In this document: positions 33,807 to 45,864 of the stretch, piece by piece | Layout: every line of letters begins with the position of its first letter | How positions within the stretch are numbered: the stretch's first letter is position 1 | Assembly (NCBI GenBank): GCA_018382395.1 | Contig: JAGZQB010000002.1 | Coordinates: forward strand, 32,200-96,199 | Source: Haemophilus parainfluenzae | Lineage (GTDB): Bacteria > Pseudomonadota > Gammaproteobacteria > Enterobacterales > Pasteurellaceae | DNA length: 64,000 nt | Direction of reading: 5' to 3' | Made by a program: the position numbers and the translations under genes | The notes under the pieces: generated by a model | What the model was told of the DNA's origin: nothing | The model's database searches: none | What the model saw: only the letters and a program-made list of their open reading frames with translations

Positions 33807-34853
33807 ATGTTTGAAATGCTAAAAAATTGGTATAGCCGCCGCTTAAGCGATCCGCAGGCGATGGGGCTACTTGCCATTTTGTTATTTGGCTTTATTGCGA
33901 TTTATTTCTTTAGTGATTTAATCGCCCCGTTGCTGATTGCCATTGTATTAGCATATTTATTGGAAATGCCAATTAATTTCCTGACGAAAAAATTAAAATT
34001 TCCTCGAATGCTCGCCACGTTAATTATTTTTGGTGGTTTTCTAACCTTGGCGTTATTAATTTTCTTCGGACTAGTGCCAACATTATGGAATCAAACGATT
34101 TCCTTATTAAGCGATTTGCCAGCCATGTTCAATAAATTACATGAATGGTTGTTAGCCCTTCCTGAGCATTATCCTGAACTCATTGATTACACCATGATTG
34201 ACACCTTTTTTAGTGCAGCTCGAGCAAAGATTTTGGGCTTTGGTGAATCTGCGGTGAAATTGTCGATTACCTCATTAATGAACCTTGTATCACTGGGTAT
34301 TTATGCATTTTTAGTGCCATTAATGATGTTCTTTATGTTGAAAGACAAAACTGAACTTCTTTCTGGAGTGAGTCGCTTTTTACCTAAAAACCGTCTTTTG
34401 GCTTCTAAAGTATGGAATGAAATGCAGCAACAAATTGCGAATTATATTCATGGTAAGCTGTTGGAAATTTTGATTGTCGGCGTGGTGACTTACATCATCT
34501 TTTTAAGCTTTGGTTTAAATTATCCTCTGTTGCTTTCTGTTGCCGTTGGGTTGTCTGTATTAGTGCCTTATATCGGGGCGGTATTAGTGACGATTCCTGT
34601 TGCGTTAGTGGCGATGTTCCAGTTTGGCATTTCCCCAACGTTTTGGTATTTAATTGTGGCCTTTGCGGTGAGTCAACTTCTGGATGGAAACTTGTTAGTA
34701 CCGTATTTATTCTCTGAAGTCGTTAATTTACACCCTTTAGTAATCATTATTTCAGTGCTGATTTTCGGTGGATTATGGGGGTTCTGGGGGGTATTCTTCG
34801 CGATTCCATTGGCAACGCTCGTCAAAGCTGTGATAAATGCATTGCCGGATTAG
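33807..34853 (+). CDS. AI-2E family transporter (PerM/YhhT-like)
   Basis: 348 aa, 8 TM helices, conserved C-terminus ..[15 protein letters not shown].. Confidence 0.8.
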   Translation: MFEMLKNWYSRRLSDPQAMGLLAILLFGFIAIYFFSDLIAPLLIAIVLAYLLEMPINFLTKKLKFPRMLATLIIFGGFLTLALLIFFGLVPTLWNQTISLLSDLPAMFNKLHEWLLALPEHYPELIDYTMIDTFFSAARAKILGFGESAVKLSITSLMNLVSLGIYAFLVPLMMFFMLKDKTELLSGVSRFLPKNRLLASKVWNEMQQQIANYIHGKLLEILIVGVVTYIIFLSFGLNYPLLLSVAVGLSVLVPYIGAVLVTIPVALVAMFQFGISPTFWYLIVAFAVSQLLDGNLLVPYLFSEVVNLHPLVIIISVLIFGGLWGFWGVFFAIPLATLVKAVINALPD

Positions 34854-34888
34854 AGATGATTAAGGTAATAAAAGAAAGCTGACGAAAG

Positions 34889-35626
34889 TCAGCTTTTTTG
34901 TTCTTTTAATTTTTGGATATCCAGAATTTCGACACAATCTATTGTCCCTGCTTTAATACGCCATTTAATATTAAATTCGTACAGACTAATACCGTAAATA
35001 CGATCGGTTTCTTTACCTTGTTGATAAGCGGGACGGGGATCTTGTGCGATCACTTCCGTAATGAATCTTGCTAAGTGCGGTCGATTTTTATGATATTTTT
35101 CCATCGCACTTTGGGCGATTTCTGTAAATTCAACGCTTAATTTCGCAGGTGGTTTTTCTTGTGCAAAACTTGATTTTGCCTCAGGCTCGCTATCAGCATA
35201 GGCAATATAAGGTTTAATATCAAAAATAGGTGTGCCATCGACAAGATCCACGGAACCCAAATGCAGAAAAACACGCCCATGAATGCATTCCACTTGGCGT
35301 AATTCAACTTTAGACAAGCCTAGCGGATTTGGACGATGTGTAGCGCGAGAAGCAAATACGCCGACACGTTGATTGCCTCCTAAACGAGGGGGGCGAACGG
35401 TGGATTGCCATTTCCCATGGGGTACTTTGTCGAATTGGAAAATAAGCCAAAGATGGCTAAATTGCTCTAAGCCTCGCACTGCCTCTGGCGAATTATACGG
35501 GGGGAGCAATTCCACAATACCAATACCATCTTGTACTAAATCAGGCTGACGAGGTACCGAGAATTTTTCTTTATAAGGCGTGTGAATCACCGCAATTGGG
35601 TGAAGAGTCAGTGTTAAATCATTCAT
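34889..35626 (-). CDS. trmO: tRNA (m6t6A37) methyltransferase TrmO (YaeB/TsaA family)
   Basis: TsaA-like domain ..[27 protein letters not shown].. with a C-terminal extension. Confidence 0.8.
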   Translation of the reverse strand: MNDLTLTLHPIAVIHTPYKEKFSVPRQPDLVQDGIGIVELLPPYNSPEAVRGLEQFSHLWLIFQFDKVPHGKWQSTVRPPRLGGNQRVGVFASRATHRPNPLGLSKVELRQVECIHGRVFLHLGSVDLVDGTPIFDIKPYIAYADSEPEAKSSFAQEKPPAKLSVEFTEIAQSAMEKYHKNRPHLARFITEVIAQDPRPAYQQGKETDRIYGISLYEFNIKWRIKAGTIDCVEILDIQKLKEQKS

Positions 35627-35687
35627 AAAAAGGCAATTTCCGTGTAAAATACGCTCTTTATTGTAATCAAAAGTGCGGTCAAAAAAA

Positions 35688-36599
35688 ATGACAAATCATA
35701 AATTGAAAATGTGGTGGGAAACCGCTCGCCCAAAAACCTTGCCTTTGGCATTAGCTTCTATTTTTACTGGTTCAGCATTGGCATATTGGGCGGATAAAGA
35801 AAGTTTTAATTTCACCGTGATGTTACTTTGCTTGCTTACTACCATTTTATTGCAAGTACTTTCTAACTTTGCTAACGATTATGGTGATCATCAAAAAGGG
35901 ACAGATACCGAAGAACGTATTGGGCCTTTACGTGGTATTCAGCAAGGTGCAATTTCTGCGAATGAGCTTAAATGGGGCTTAATTTTAATGGCGGTGGGGG
36001 CGTTTTTCTCCGGCGCATTCTTAATTGGTATCGCATATCAAAGTCTCACAGATTTATTGGCCTTTGCTGGCTTGGGTATTCTTGCCATTATTGCTGCCAT
36101 TACTTATACCGTAGGCGCTAAACCTTATGGTTATTTAGGTTTAGGCGATCTGTCAGTGTTGCTCTTTTTTGGACTATTAGGTGTGGGTGGAACTTATTAT
36201 CTACAAACTCACAGCATTGATAGCTTAATTACTTTACCTGCGCTGGGCTCTGGTTTATTAGCGACAGCCGTTTTAAATATCAATAATTTACGTGATATTG
36301 AGCAAGATACGAAAGTAGGGAAAAATACCTTGGTGGTACGTATTGGACCGAAGAAGGGACGTATTTATCATTGTATTTTATTAAGCGTTGCCGCTTTATG
36401 TTATGTGTTATTTGCGGCATCAACAGCATTTAGCTCTTGGCATTTCTTATTTTTACTGGCATTTCCACTGCTATTAAAACATGCATTATTTGTTTATCGC
36501 AGCAAAGAGCCTGCAGTGTTGCGTCCGATGTTGGCTCAGATGTCTATGATTTCTTTATTTATCAATATCTTGTTTAGTTTAGGCTTGCTTATCGGCTAA
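35688..36599 (+). CDS. menA: 1,4-dihydroxy-2-naphthoate octaprenyltransferase
   Basis: UbiA motif [12 protein letters not shown]-terminus ..[13 protein letters not shown] matches E. coli MenA; ATG at 35688. Confidence 0.85.
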   Translation: MTNHKLKMWWETARPKTLPLALASIFTGSALAYWADKESFNFTVMLLCLLTTILLQVLSNFANDYGDHQKGTDTEERIGPLRGIQQGAISANELKWGLILMAVGAFFSGAFLIGIAYQSLTDLLAFAGLGILAIIAAITYTVGAKPYGYLGLGDLSVLLFFGLLGVGGTYYLQTHSIDSLITLPALGSGLLATAVLNINNLRDIEQDTKVGKNTLVVRIGPKKGRIYHCILLSVAALCYVLFAASTAFSSWHFLFLLAFPLLLKHALFVYRSKEPAVLRPMLAQMSMISLFINILFSLGLLIG

Positions 36600-36644
36600 A
36601 TCGGCTTATACTAGAGAAAAAATTTTAACGACAAGGGGTACATT

Positions 36645-37145
36645 ATGTATATCGATACTTCAGAACTTTGTGATATTTATGCTGATCAAGTAGATGTGGT
36701 TGAGCCAATTTTTTCTAGCTTTGGTGGCGTCAGCAATTTCTACGGCAAAGTGACGACAGTAAAATGTTTTGAAAATAATGGATTAATTGCCGAGATCCTT
36801 GAAGAAAATGGTAAAGGCAGAGTGCTTGTCGTAGATGGTGGTGGTGCAGTACGCCGTGCTTTAATTGATGCTGAGCTTGCACAACTTGCCGCAGATAATG
36901 ACTGGGCGGGCATCATTGTTTATGGTGCAGTGCGTCAAATTCAACAACTTGAAAATATTGATATTGGTATTCATGCGCTTGCTCCAATTCCAGTTGGCGC
37001 AGATGAAAATAATCATGGTGAAAGTGATCTTCCAGTGAATTTTGGTGGTGTAACATTCTTCCCTGAAGATTATATTTATGCCGATTTAACAGGTATCATT
37101 CTTTCACAGGAAGCATTAGATTTAGAAGACGTCGAAGAAGAATAA
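36645..37145 (+). CDS. rraA: ribonuclease E inhibitor RraA (formerly MenG)
   Basis: [23 protein letters not shown].. RraA-fold, 166 aa. Confidence 0.9.
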   Translation: MYIDTSELCDIYADQVDVVEPIFSSFGGVSNFYGKVTTVKCFENNGLIAEILEENGKGRVLVVDGGGAVRRALIDAELAQLAADNDWAGIIVYGAVRQIQQLENIDIGIHALAPIPVGADENNHGESDLPVNFGGVTFFPEDYIYADLTGIILSQEALDLEDVEEE

Positions 37146-37167
37146 TTTTGAAATTATTGACCTTTTT

Positions 37168-37199
37168 AAAGTGCGGTTAGAAATAACCGCACTTTTTTT
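37168..37199. terminator. USS inverted-pair terminator
   Basis: aaagtgcggttagaaataaccgcacttttttt. Confidence 0.7.
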
Positions 37200-37308
37200 G
37201 TTAAAATTTTTTTGAACAAGATCACATTTTAAACATTTGTTGGTTGAAAGTTTGTAACATTCATTTAACATCGCAAATAGTTCATCTGTAATCAGTTTGG
37301 AGGGACTC

Positions 37309-38694
37309 ATGAACGAAACAAACACAACTAAAAATTATAAAAGTGGGATTATCTTTCTGCTGGCGATAGCCTGTTTTTTTATTTTATTAAAATCTTTACC
37401 TTTCGCACCTAAGGAAAATGCTGGTTTAGCATTATTAGCCTTTGTGGCGATTCTTTGGTTAACTGAGGCATTGCATGTCACAGTGACCGCTCTTTTGGTG
37501 CCATTGCTTGCGATTTCACTTGATTTGGTGACAACCAAGCAAGCTTTAGTCGCGTTTGCTGATCCAACCATTTTCTTATTCTTTGGTGGCTTTGCTTTAG
37601 CGACAGCTTTACATATACAAAAGCTCGATAAAATGATTGCCAATAAAATCATGGCAATGGCTCGTGGAAATTTATTTGTAGCTATTATGTATCTTTTCTC
37701 TATTACTGCTTTCCTTTCCATGTGGATGAGTAACACAGCAACAGCAGCCATGATGTTGCCTCTAGCGATGGGGATCTTAAGCAAACTTGATAAAGAAAAA
37801 GAACATAATACTTATGTCTTCGTATTATTAGGGATTGCATATAGTGCGAGTATTGGTGGTATGGGTACATTAGTGGGTAGCCCACCAAATGCTATTGTTG
37901 CAAGTAACTTACATTTAACCTTCTCTGATTGGTTATGGTATGGCTTACCAATTATGCTCATTTTGATGCCGTTGATGATTGGTACACTTTTCATTGTCTT
38001 TAAACCAAAACTTAATTTACATTTTGAACAAAACTTTGAACGTATTGAAATGAATGGCCAACGCGTTTTAACGCTTGTGATTTTTGCTTTGATTGCACTC
38101 TGCTGGGTATTCAGTAGCTATATCAATCCAATCATTTCAGGTGTATTTGGTCTTGCTAAAAATATAGGTAGTTTTGATAGTGTGGTCGCATTACTTGCTG
38201 CAGTTATCATTTGTTCAACCGGTGTGGCAAATTGGAAACAAATCCAAGAAAGCACTGACTGGGGTGTATTGATGCTTTTCGGTGGCGGTTTAACCTTAAG
38301 TGCGGTATTAAAAGATTCAGGCGCAAGTAAAGTGTTAGCTGACGGTATTGTATTCTTGGTTCAAGGACAACATTACTACCTCATTGGTTTATTGGTCGCA
38401 ACCTTCATTATTTTCTTAACTGAGTTTACTTCCAATACCGCGAGTGCAGCGTTATTAGTACCAATCTTTATTTCTATCGCGCAATCTCTCGGTATGCCGG
38501 AAATTGGTCTTGCGTTAATTATCGGTTTAGGTGCATCTTGTGCCTTCATGTTACCAGTGGCGACACCGCCAAATGCAATCGTATTTGGTACAGGTGAGGT
38601 TCGCCAAAGTGATATGGTTAAAGCCGGATTTATCTTAAATATTGTATGTATACTCGTTATCGCGACAATAGGATATTATTTCTGGTTGAATTAA
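37309..38694 (+). CDS. DASS/SLC13-family sodium-coupled anion (dicarboxylate/sulfate) symporter
   Basis: About 460 aa; two-fold repeat with SNT motifs (WMSNTATAAMM..FTSNTASAALL); ATG at 37309 preceded by GGAGGG. Confidence 0.8.
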   Translation: MNETNTTKNYKSGIIFLLAIACFFILLKSLPFAPKENAGLALLAFVAILWLTEALHVTVTALLVPLLAISLDLVTTKQALVAFADPTIFLFFGGFALATALHIQKLDKMIANKIMAMARGNLFVAIMYLFSITAFLSMWMSNTATAAMMLPLAMGILSKLDKEKEHNTYVFVLLGIAYSASIGGMGTLVGSPPNAIVASNLHLTFSDWLWYGLPIMLILMPLMIGTLFIVFKPKLNLHFEQNFERIEMNGQRVLTLVIFALIALCWVFSSYINPIISGVFGLAKNIGSFDSVVALLAAVIICSTGVANWKQIQESTDWGVLMLFGGGLTLSAVLKDSGASKVLADGIVFLVQGQHYYLIGLLVATFIIFLTEFTSNTASAALLVPIFISIAQSLGMPEIGLALIIGLGASCAFMLPVATPPNAIVFGTGEVRQSDMVKAGFILNIVCILVIATIGYYFWLN

Positions 38695-38703
38695 TCATAT
38701 AAA

Positions 38704-38742
38704 GAAAAGGGCGTGTTGGATATTCAACACGCCCTTTTATTA
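38704..38742. terminator. bidirectional terminator between the DASS gene and plsB
   Basis: aaaagggcgtgttggatattcaacacgcccttttatt. Confidence 0.65.
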
Positions 38743-38754
38743 TTTCAGTAAAGA

Positions 38755-41238
38755 TTATTCATCTTTATTTGATTTATCCTCTTCTTCTACTTCAATCTCA
38801 ACTTCATCTGCTTTGTCTGCCGCACCATTGATTGTTAAGCAAATTTCGCTAGAAATCAAATGCTCTAAGATTATTGCTAGCTCGTGTAATTTTTCTTTAT
38901 CATCATCGAAATAACCTTCTTCTTTTAAGTTAGCAATGAAGGCAGAGAATACCGCTTTATCAAAGAATTCAGGCGCGTTAATACCGTGTAATACAGAAAG
39001 GCGCTGTGCTACCAATTGGCTTTCTTTTTCTAGTAAACCACGGGCAATTCCAGGATCTCTACGTAAAATGCTTACAGTAATGTAGTAGCGTTGTAAGATT
39101 TCACGCATACCTGCAGACCAAAGTTGTAAAATACGAACTTTAGCGCGGTGAATCGATAAGAAATTATCATTGGATTGGATAACTTCTTGACGCGCAAATT
39201 CATCAATAATGGCTTTAATTTGTGTATCTAATTCTTCTTCAGTGAAATGAAGGAAGAGTTCGCCTTTTAAGAATGGATAAATTTTACGTACCGCATCCAA
39301 TAATAAATCTTTTTGGATAGCTTCATAATGTAAAACGATACTCGCAACAAGTGAAGGCAACACAAATAAGTGTTGAATATTATTGCGGTAATACGTCATG
39401 AGAACAGCAGAATTACGTTCTAAACGAATAATTTCCCCAAAGTTATCTTTTTCAACTAATACACCCACACGATCTAAACTTAATACGTGGTCAAGCATCG
39501 CTTTTGGTGAATCAGTTGGCAGTACCACATCAGTAGAATACGGTACGTTCTTTAACATTTCTTGATAACTAGAGAGTTGTTCTAATAGTTGCTCATGAGA
39601 AAGTGCACGCTGACGAGAAGAGAGTAGAGCGGTCCCCACTAAATTCATCGCATTAACAGCAGCGGCTTTATTAATATTCACCATCACTTGATTCGAAACA
39701 GACCCAACTGCATGGTTAAACCAGTGAGGTTTATCTTCATGATGTTGTTCTTTCCATTCTGGATAATGGTGATTGAGGTAATTTGAAAGCGTGATTGGTT
39801 CACCAAAATTCACAAAACCTTGACCTAAATTACGTAATTTTTTAATCACACGTAAAACTAAGCCTGCATTTTCTTTTTCTTTTGCGGCACCACGTAATTC
39901 TTTCGCGTAAGTATCTACTTCTAATACGTGCTCATAACCGATATACACAGGCACCACAGAAATTGGACGAGTTTGGTTATGTTGAAGCGCTTGTAGTGTC
40001 ATCGACATCATACCGGTTTTCGGTGCAAGCAAGCGACCTGTACGAGAACGACCACCTTCAATGAAGTATTCGACGGAATAACCGCGGTGGAATAATTCCC
40101 CTAAATATTCACGGAAAATCGCAGAGTAAAGGCGATTACCTTTAAAGGTACGGCGAATAAAGAACGCCCCCCAGCTACGGAATAAAGGACCCGCTGGCCA
40201 GAAGTTTAGGTTTATTCCCGCTGCAATATGTGGCGGTACAAGACCTTGGTGATAGAGCACATAAGAAAGTAATAAATAGTCGATATGACTACGGTGACAA
40301 GGCACATAAACAATCTCATGGCCTTCTAACGCTAATTTACGCACTCGGTCGGCATTTTGTACATCAATACCTGAATACAGTTTGTTCCATAACCAACGCA
40401 AGAAACGATCCGCCGCACGAAGGCTTGAATGGCTTACATTAGCCGCAATTTCATGAAGAATTTTTTCGGCTTCAGCATAGGCTTTCTCACGGCTGATATT
40501 TTTTGATTTTGTCTCATCTTCAATCGCATTTTGAATTGCTTGAGAATTTAAGAGCTTATTAAACATCGCTTCGCGGTTTGGCAAACGAGGTCCAGTAGCG
40601 GAAATGCGTTGTTTAGCAAAGTGCATTTTAGCCACGCGAGCCAGTTTTTGTGCAATTTTTTCATCTGAACCGTGCTCATTTACCATGTAACGCAAAGAAA
40701 GCGCTTGAGAAAAACGTACAAAGGTGTCTCGTCCAAACCAGATGGCTGCAAAGGTTTTTTGAAGACCATTTAATAAGCGAAGATTAGGTAAGGTTGCTTT
40801 ATCTTCTTTACCTGGCGAGCGTCCCCAAAGTACAGAAACCGGAATCAGTTGTACATCTAAATCAGCAACATCACGGTGCAATTCTAAGTATTTATTGAAG
40901 ACTTTGGCAGTTTCATCTTTTGCACCTTTTGATTTAAAAAAGCGGCGACCTTCGTCTAAATAGACATAACGTGGTAATGCTACGCCATCAATCACATTCT
41001 TTTCAGCAGGATCAGGCAAACCTACACTCAAACAGTTACGACGGAAAATCACGAAGTCAGTTTGAGAGGTATAAGGTAAAACGTAAAGAATGGGTTGATT
41101 GATATTGAGTTGAAGCTCTTCGATGGGTTGAGCGGGAATAGGATTATTTTTTACTAGAACCGAAAGCGGTAATTCTAATAATTTACGATAAGTACTTACG
41201 ATGCCAGACATAATTAATATTCTCTTTTTGTTAGACAT
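38755..41238 (-). CDS. plsB: glycerol-3-phosphate 1-O-acyltransferase
   Basis: 827 aa; [15 protein letters not shown]xxxxD motif; colinear with E. coli PlsB; divergent from lexA as in E. coli. Confidence 0.95.
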   Translation of the reverse strand: MSNKKRILIMSGIVSTYRKLLELPLSVLVKNNPIPAQPIEELQLNINQPILYVLPYTSQTDFVIFRRNCLSVGLPDPAEKNVIDGVALPRYVYLDEGRRFFKSKGAKDETAKVFNKYLELHRDVADLDVQLIPVSVLWGRSPGKEDKATLPNLRLLNGLQKTFAAIWFGRDTFVRFSQALSLRYMVNEHGSDEKIAQKLARVAKMHFAKQRISATGPRLPNREAMFNKLLNSQAIQNAIEDETKSKNISREKAYAEAEKILHEIAANVSHSSLRAADRFLRWLWNKLYSGIDVQNADRVRKLALEGHEIVYVPCHRSHIDYLLLSYVLYHQGLVPPHIAAGINLNFWPAGPLFRSWGAFFIRRTFKGNRLYSAIFREYLGELFHRGYSVEYFIEGGRSRTGRLLAPKTGMMSMTLQALQHNQTRPISVVPVYIGYEHVLEVDTYAKELRGAAKEKENAGLVLRVIKKLRNLGQGFVNFGEPITLSNYLNHHYPEWKEQHHEDKPHWFNHAVGSVSNQVMVNINKAAAVNAMNLVGTALLSSRQRALSHEQLLEQLSSYQEMLKNVPYSTDVVLPTDSPKAMLDHVLSLDRVGVLVEKDNFGEIIRLERNSAVLMTYYRNNIQHLFVLPSLVASIVLHYEAIQKDLLLDAVRKIYPFLKGELFLHFTEEELDTQIKAIIDEFARQEVIQSNDNFLSIHRAKVRILQLWSAGMREILQRYYITVSILRRDPGIARGLLEKESQLVAQRLSVLHGINAPEFFDKAVFSAFIANLKEEGYFDDDKEKLHELAIILEHLISSEICLTINGAADKADEVEIEVEEEDKSNKDE

Positions 41239-41384
41239 TTCTAGGTATTGTCTGGCATTTTAACACATTCGACCAGTCAAATTCTAAAAATTTACATTTG
41301 AGATTTATGATGAACACGCAAAAATATGAAAAAAATTGACCGCACTTTTATGACTAGAAAATAGTTGTTGCAATCGCCATCTTT

Positions 41385-41400
41385 CTGTATATACTAACAG
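41385..41400 (+). promoter_or_regulatory. LexA (SOS) box 1
   Basis: CTGTatatactaACAG = CTGT-N8-ACAG. Confidence 0.7.
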
Positions 41401-41405
41401 TTATT

Positions 41406-41421
41406 CTGTATAAAGTAACAG
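41406..41421 (+). promoter_or_regulatory. LexA (SOS) box 2, 9 bp upstream of the lexA start codon
   Basis: CTGTataaagtaACAG = CTGT-N8-ACAG. Confidence 0.7.
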
Positions 41422-41429
41422 GAGTGTAT

Positions 41430-42056
41430 ATGAGACCATTAACTGCCAGACAACAAGAAGTGCTGGGACTCTTAAAACGCCATTTAGAAACCACGGGTAT
41501 GCCGCCTACTCGTGCAGAAATTTCTCGCGAATTAGGTTTTAAATCCCCTAATGCGGCAGAAGAACACTTAAAAGCGCTTGCACGTAAAGGTGCAATTGAA
41601 ATTGTTGCGGGTGCTTCTCGTGGTATTCGCATTATTGATGACAGTGCAAATGATGAGGAAGAAGAAGGCTTGCCACTAATTGGCCGTGTGGCCGCAGGGG
41701 AGCCGATTCTAGCTGAACAACATATTGAAGGCACTTACCGTGTTGATGCTAATATGTTTAAACCACAAGCTGACTTTTTATTAAAAGTATATGGCCAATC
41801 CATGAAAGATATCGGCATTTTAGATGGCGATCTTCTTGCGGTTCATAGCACAAAAGATGTGAGAAATGGACAGATTGTTGTCGCACGAATTGAAGATGAA
41901 GTGACAGTAAAACGCTTAGAGCGAAAAGGTTCTGTTATTTATCTGCATGCAGAAAATGAAGAGTTTCAGCCGATAGTCGTTAATCTTGAAGAACAACCTC
42001 ATTTTGAAATTGAAGGGATTGCAGTAGGGATTATCCGCAATAACGCTTGGATGTAA
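41430..42056 (+). CDS. lexA: SOS repressor LexA
   Basis: [12 protein letters not shown]..wHTH; Ser/Lys dyad region ..[17 protein letters not shown]..; ATG at 41430 preceded by AGGAG. Confidence 0.95.
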   Translation: MRPLTARQQEVLGLLKRHLETTGMPPTRAEISRELGFKSPNAAEEHLKALARKGAIEIVAGASRGIRIIDDSANDEEEEGLPLIGRVAAGEPILAEQHIEGTYRVDANMFKPQADFLLKVYGQSMKDIGILDGDLLAVHSTKDVRNGQIVVARIEDEVTVKRLERKGSVIYLHAENEEFQPIVVNLEEQPHFEIEGIAVGIIRNNAWM

Positions 42057-42061
42057 TGATG

Positions 42062-42102
42062 AAAGTGCGGTGAGAAAATAAAGTGTTTTTAGACCGCACT
42101 TT
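42062..42102. terminator. USS inverted-pair terminator
   Basis: aaagtgcggtgagaaaataaagtgtttttagaccgcacttt. Confidence 0.65.
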
Positions 42103-42177
42103 GTCTATTATGGCTATTTGCCATTCGGCTTATTGCTCTCTATAATGCCAAAAAATTTTCAAATCAAGGAAGGAAAC

Positions 42178-43002
42178 ATGCAGTTTTCCAAAATGCATGG
42201 CCTTGGCAATGACTTTGTCGTTGTTGATGCTGTGACGCAAAATGCCTATTTTACCCCTGAAACCATTAAACGCTTAGCCGATCGTCATCGTGGCATTGGT
42301 TTTGATCAGCTTTTAATTGTTGAGCCACCTTATGATCCAGATTTAGATTTCCATTATCGTATTTTTAATGCCGATGGTAGTGAAGTGTCGCAATGTGGAA
42401 ATGGGGCAAGATGCTTTGCGCGTTTTGTCACCTTAAAAGGGTTGACCAATAAAAAGGATATTGCAGTAAGCACGCAAAAAGGAAAGATGGTTTTAACGGT
42501 AAAAGAAGATGGGCAAATTCGCGTCAATATGGGCGAGCCGATTTGGGAACCCAATAAAATTCCTTTTACTGCCAATAAATTTGAAAAAAACTATATTTTA
42601 CGTACCGATGTTCAAACGGTGCTTTGTGGTGCAGTATCAATGGGCAATCCACATTGTGTTGTTCAAGTGGACGATATTGAAATGGCCAATGTAGCAGAGT
42701 TAGGTCCACTCTTAGAAAGCCACGAACGTTTTCCTGAAAGGGTAAACGCTGGATTTATGCAAGTCGTCAATCGTAACCACATTAAGTTGCGTGTATATGA
42801 GCGTGGTGCTGGTGAAACGCAAGCTTGTGGCAGTGGGGCGTGCGCAGCGGCAGCTGTTGGGATGATGCAAGGTTTACTTGATAACAAAGTGCAAGTTGAT
42901 CTACCCGGTGGTAGCTTACTTATTGAATGGGAAGGGGTAGGTTCACCGCTTTATATGACTGGCGATGCGACTCATATCTATGATGGCAACATTCACCTTT
43001 AA
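42178..43002 (+). CDS. dapF: diaminopimelate epimerase
   Basis: [19 protein letters not shown].. identical pattern to E. coli DapF; catalytic CGNGARC and GSGACA. Confidence 0.92.
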   Translation: MQFSKMHGLGNDFVVVDAVTQNAYFTPETIKRLADRHRGIGFDQLLIVEPPYDPDLDFHYRIFNADGSEVSQCGNGARCFARFVTLKGLTNKKDIAVSTQKGKMVLTVKEDGQIRVNMGEPIWEPNKIPFTANKFEKNYILRTDVQTVLCGAVSMGNPHCVVQVDDIEMANVAELGPLLESHERFPERVNAGFMQVVNRNHIKLRVYERGAGETQACGSGACAAAAVGMMQGLLDNKVQVDLPGGSLLIEWEGVGSPLYMTGDATHIYDGNIHL

Positions 43003-43011
43003 TCTTTTCTA

Positions 43012-43050
43012 ATCTGAATAAAAAATGCGTGGAGATTATCACGCATTTTT
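43012..43050. terminator. bidirectional terminator
   Basis: aaaaaatgcgtggagattatcacgcattttttatt. Confidence 0.6.
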
Positions 43051-43053
43051 TAT

Positions 43054-43806
43054 TTATTGTTCAACTTCCACATCACGCTGATTTAATGGTTGCGTTGGGC
43101 GGTTGTTTTTCCCTTCCATTTCTTCTATCGCAGCAATTTGTGCTTTGCTTGCTTGAATTGGTGATTTAAAAATGGTCCAAGCTACGTTTTCACTACAAGG
43201 TGGAGTAGTGAGTGAGCCATTTAAGCGGAAGCGTGCCATCTCTTTTGGCATTAGCGCTTTAATATCAATCTGTTGAGCCAATTTTTCTTTTTGTCCAACG
43301 GTGAGTTTTTTCTCAACTACTGGTGCTAATGCTGGATTAGCTTCGCCTTCATTGACCATTACGGCAACAACCGCTAACGCTTTATCTTCACTTTGATGGA
43401 CAAAATGAATTTCTAAAGGATAATGTTGGCGTTTAAAAGTATGTTCACTTGGTGTGTGAAAGTGAAATTGTTTTAAATAGAATGGTTTATTGTTGAGCGT
43501 AATAAATGGTGCATTTTCTTGTGCAACACTGACTTGCACAGTATGTCCATTGTTTTCTACTTGATAAGCTGCAGGGAAATAATTCATCTTAAGTGGTTTA
43601 TTTGCCACTTTCATGCTGTTATCAGCTTCGAGATTAACAGGCGACTGAACTTTCCCTAGCTTACAGGTTTGGTATTCAGTGAGCAAATCCCCCCAATGTT
43701 CAGGGCTTTCTTTTCCATTATAAGACCAATGCGCTTTATGCGTTTGGGCAAATGATGTTGCGCTTAATGCGATAAGTAAGCTAGAAAGCAATAGACGAGT
43801 CTTCAT
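43054..43806 (-). CDS. periplasmic alpha-class carbonic anhydrase
   Basis: Signal peptide MKTRLLLSSLLIALSATSFA; HWSY.G...P.HW and QFHFHTPSEH zinc-ligand His motifs; start ATG at 43806 with AGGAGAGG RBS. Confidence 0.85.
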   Translation of the reverse strand: MKTRLLLSSLLIALSATSFAQTHKAHWSYNGKESPEHWGDLLTEYQTCKLGKVQSPVNLEADNSMKVANKPLKMNYFPAAYQVENNGHTVQVSVAQENAPFITLNNKPFYLKQFHFHTPSEHTFKRQHYPLEIHFVHQSEDKALAVVAVMVNEGEANPALAPVVEKKLTVGQKEKLAQQIDIKALMPKEMARFRLNGSLTTPPCSENVAWTIFKSPIQASKAQIAAIEEMEGKNNRPTQPLNQRDVEVEQ

Positions 43807-43959
43807 AAGGCACCTCTCCTTTTTTGTGGTATATGCCTCATCGATTCTACTGATTCTGTATGATAGCTTTTTGATTTTGGTCAAGTTTTGTTTGACTGTA
43901 AGCACTCATCGTACGAGTGGGGATAATACTAAAAAGCAGTCTATTCTGACTGCGCTTTT

Positions 43960-44892
43960 TTAGCACTGACAGAGTCGTTCTCTCAGATCTTCTGCTGTTT
44001 TGCTGGTTTTAATTCGCTCAAAAACGATGTCTGCTTCAGGATATTCTTTATTGAGATAGCGTAGCCATTGTTTGATGCGGGCAACATGATAAAAACCAGA
44101 ATCATGGAAATTTTCCATTTCTGCATATTTTTGCAAGATTTTTTGAATATCTTCCCAAGGCATTTTTTCGCAGTTTTGTTTAAGTACAAGGCTTAAGTTT
44201 GGGATATTTAATGCCCCACGCCCGACCATTAGATCTTCGCACCCTGTCGCTTTTAAACATGCTTGACCATCTTCCCAACGCCAAATTTCACCATTAGCAA
44301 TCACCGGGATCGTCAAGCGAGATCTCACTTCACCGATTTTTTCCCAATTGATGCGCTCGGCACGATACCCATCGGCTTTGGTTCGACCGTGAATAGTGAT
44401 TTCAGTCGCACCACCTTGTTGTACGGCGTCGGCAATTTCAAACGCTTGTGAAGTACAATCCCAACCTAATCTTACTTTCACACTGACAGGTAAATGACTA
44501 GGTACGGTTTTTCGCAAGGCTAGAGTCGCTTGATAAATTAATTCAGGTTGTTTGAGAAGTGCTGCACCTCCGTTGCTCCCATTAACGGTTTTGGATGGGC
44601 AGCCACAATTTAAATCAATACCATGTGAGCCAAGCTCAATGGCGCGATTAGCATTTTCAGCAAGACAGTTCGGATGTTGACCTAAAAGTTGGACACGAAC
44701 AGGTGTTTTAGAAGGGGTAAAGCCCTGATTTTTGAGTTCAGGGCAAAGACGATAAAAGACTTTTTCAGGTAAGAGTTGATTTACCACTCGGACAAATTCG
44801 GTGATGCAGAGATCATATTCGTTCACTTCGGTTAAAAGTTGGCGAACGAAGGGATCAAGCACCCCTTGCATGGGGGCGAGGATAACACGCAT
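43960..44892 (-). CDS. dusC: tRNA-dihydrouridine(16) synthase
   Basis: [21 protein letters not shown]..; DUS TIM-barrel motif NCGCP. Confidence 0.85.
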   Translation of the reverse strand: MRVILAPMQGVLDPFVRQLLTEVNEYDLCITEFVRVVNQLLPEKVFYRLCPELKNQGFTPSKTPVRVQLLGQHPNCLAENANRAIELGSHGIDLNCGCPSKTVNGSNGGAALLKQPELIYQATLALRKTVPSHLPVSVKVRLGWDCTSQAFEIADAVQQGGATEITIHGRTKADGYRAERINWEKIGEVRSRLTIPVIANGEIWRWEDGQACLKATGCEDLMVGRGALNIPNLSLVLKQNCEKMPWEDIQKILQKYAEMENFHDSGFYHVARIKQWLRYLNKEYPEADIVFERIKTSKTAEDLRERLCQC

Positions 44893-45758
44893 TATTTCCA
44901 GCCTTTCACTTTACAAATTAAATCGTAAGCGGCTTGGATTTGTTGTGCTTTTTCTTTAGCCATTTCCATCATTTCTGGCGGTAAGCCTTTCGCGACTAAT
45001 TTATCTGGGTGATGCTCATTCATTAAACGACGATATGCACGTTTTACGGCATTACGATCATCGCTTTCACTTACGCCCAATACTTTATAAGCATCACTTA
45101 ATGTTGGGCCAGAAGATTGTTGATATCCGCCTTGTTGTTGGTATTGGTAGCCACCTTGCTGTTGATAACCGCCTTGTTGGTATTGGCGATAGAATCCACC
45201 TTGGGTAAATTGGCGAGCCGCAATTTCCATTGCCAGCATTTGCTCAAACTGCATACGGGAAAGGCCAAGCTCTTCAGCCACCACATAAAGTACTTCTTTT
45301 TCCGACTCATGTAATTGAGAATCAGCAAATGCAGCCTGCACTTGCACGTGTAAAAACATTCTCAGCAAGTCAGCTCGTTGTCCACATCCAATGCGGAATT
45401 CGCGAATCACCTGACGTAATGGAAAATCTGCTTCTTTACCGCGACGAAAGGCCTCTTGAGCAAGTTTGCGATGACTCTCATCTAATTGCATCTGGTTCAT
45501 CAACTGATTTGCCAGTTGAATATCTTCTTCCGTCACACGACCTTTGGATTTACTTAAATGCCCAAGTACCGCAAAAGTAGTTTGCATAAAGAGTGCTTGT
45601 CGGGTCGTTTTTTTCTTAAAAAAGCTAGAGTTAACCGAACCAAGCTCATAGAGTTTTTTATCTGCGATAGAGCCTAAAATAAGTCCAGCGATAGCGCCGA
45701 AAAAGCCCCCCCATTTAAAACCGAGAAAAACGCCGATAATCTTTCCAAAAAAATACAT
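44892..45758 (-). CDS. djlA: co-chaperone DjlA
   Basis: N-terminal TM helix, central TerB-like domain, C-terminal J-domain with HPDK; Gln/Gly/Tyr-rich linker (QQGGY)n. Confidence 0.85.
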   Translation of the reverse strand: MYFFGKIIGVFLGFKWGGFFGAIAGLILGSIADKKLYELGSVNSSFFKKKTTRQALFMQTTFAVLGHLSKSKGRVTEEDIQLANQLMNQMQLDESHRKLAQEAFRRGKEADFPLRQVIREFRIGCGQRADLLRMFLHVQVQAAFADSQLHESEKEVLYVVAEELGLSRMQFEQMLAMEIAARQFTQGGFYRQYQQGGYQQQGGYQYQQQGGYQQSSGPTLSDAYKVLGVSESDDRNAVKRAYRRLMNEHHPDKLVAKGLPPEMMEMAKEKAQQIQAAYDLICKVKGWK

Positions 45759-45864
45759 TCTCTTCCCCTAAAGTGCGGTCAAAAGGTCTTTTGACAATAA
45801 TGGGCAGACGCAAATGTCTGCCCTTACATTAATATGGCTTTATTCTTATTTTTCAAGTGATGAA

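Noticed and set aside
43906-43959. Hairpin aaaaagcagtctattctgactgcgctttttt near the dusC stop, considered as a regulatory element for the carbonic anhydrase gene
   Set aside because: Its position and the T-tract on the minus strand fit a simple intrinsic terminator for dusC.
45120-45200. Repetitive QQGGY-coding DNA in djlA
   Set aside because: It is a low-complexity linker typical of DjlA between the TerB-like and J domains. I did not report it as a finding, though the copy number of this linker may vary between strains.
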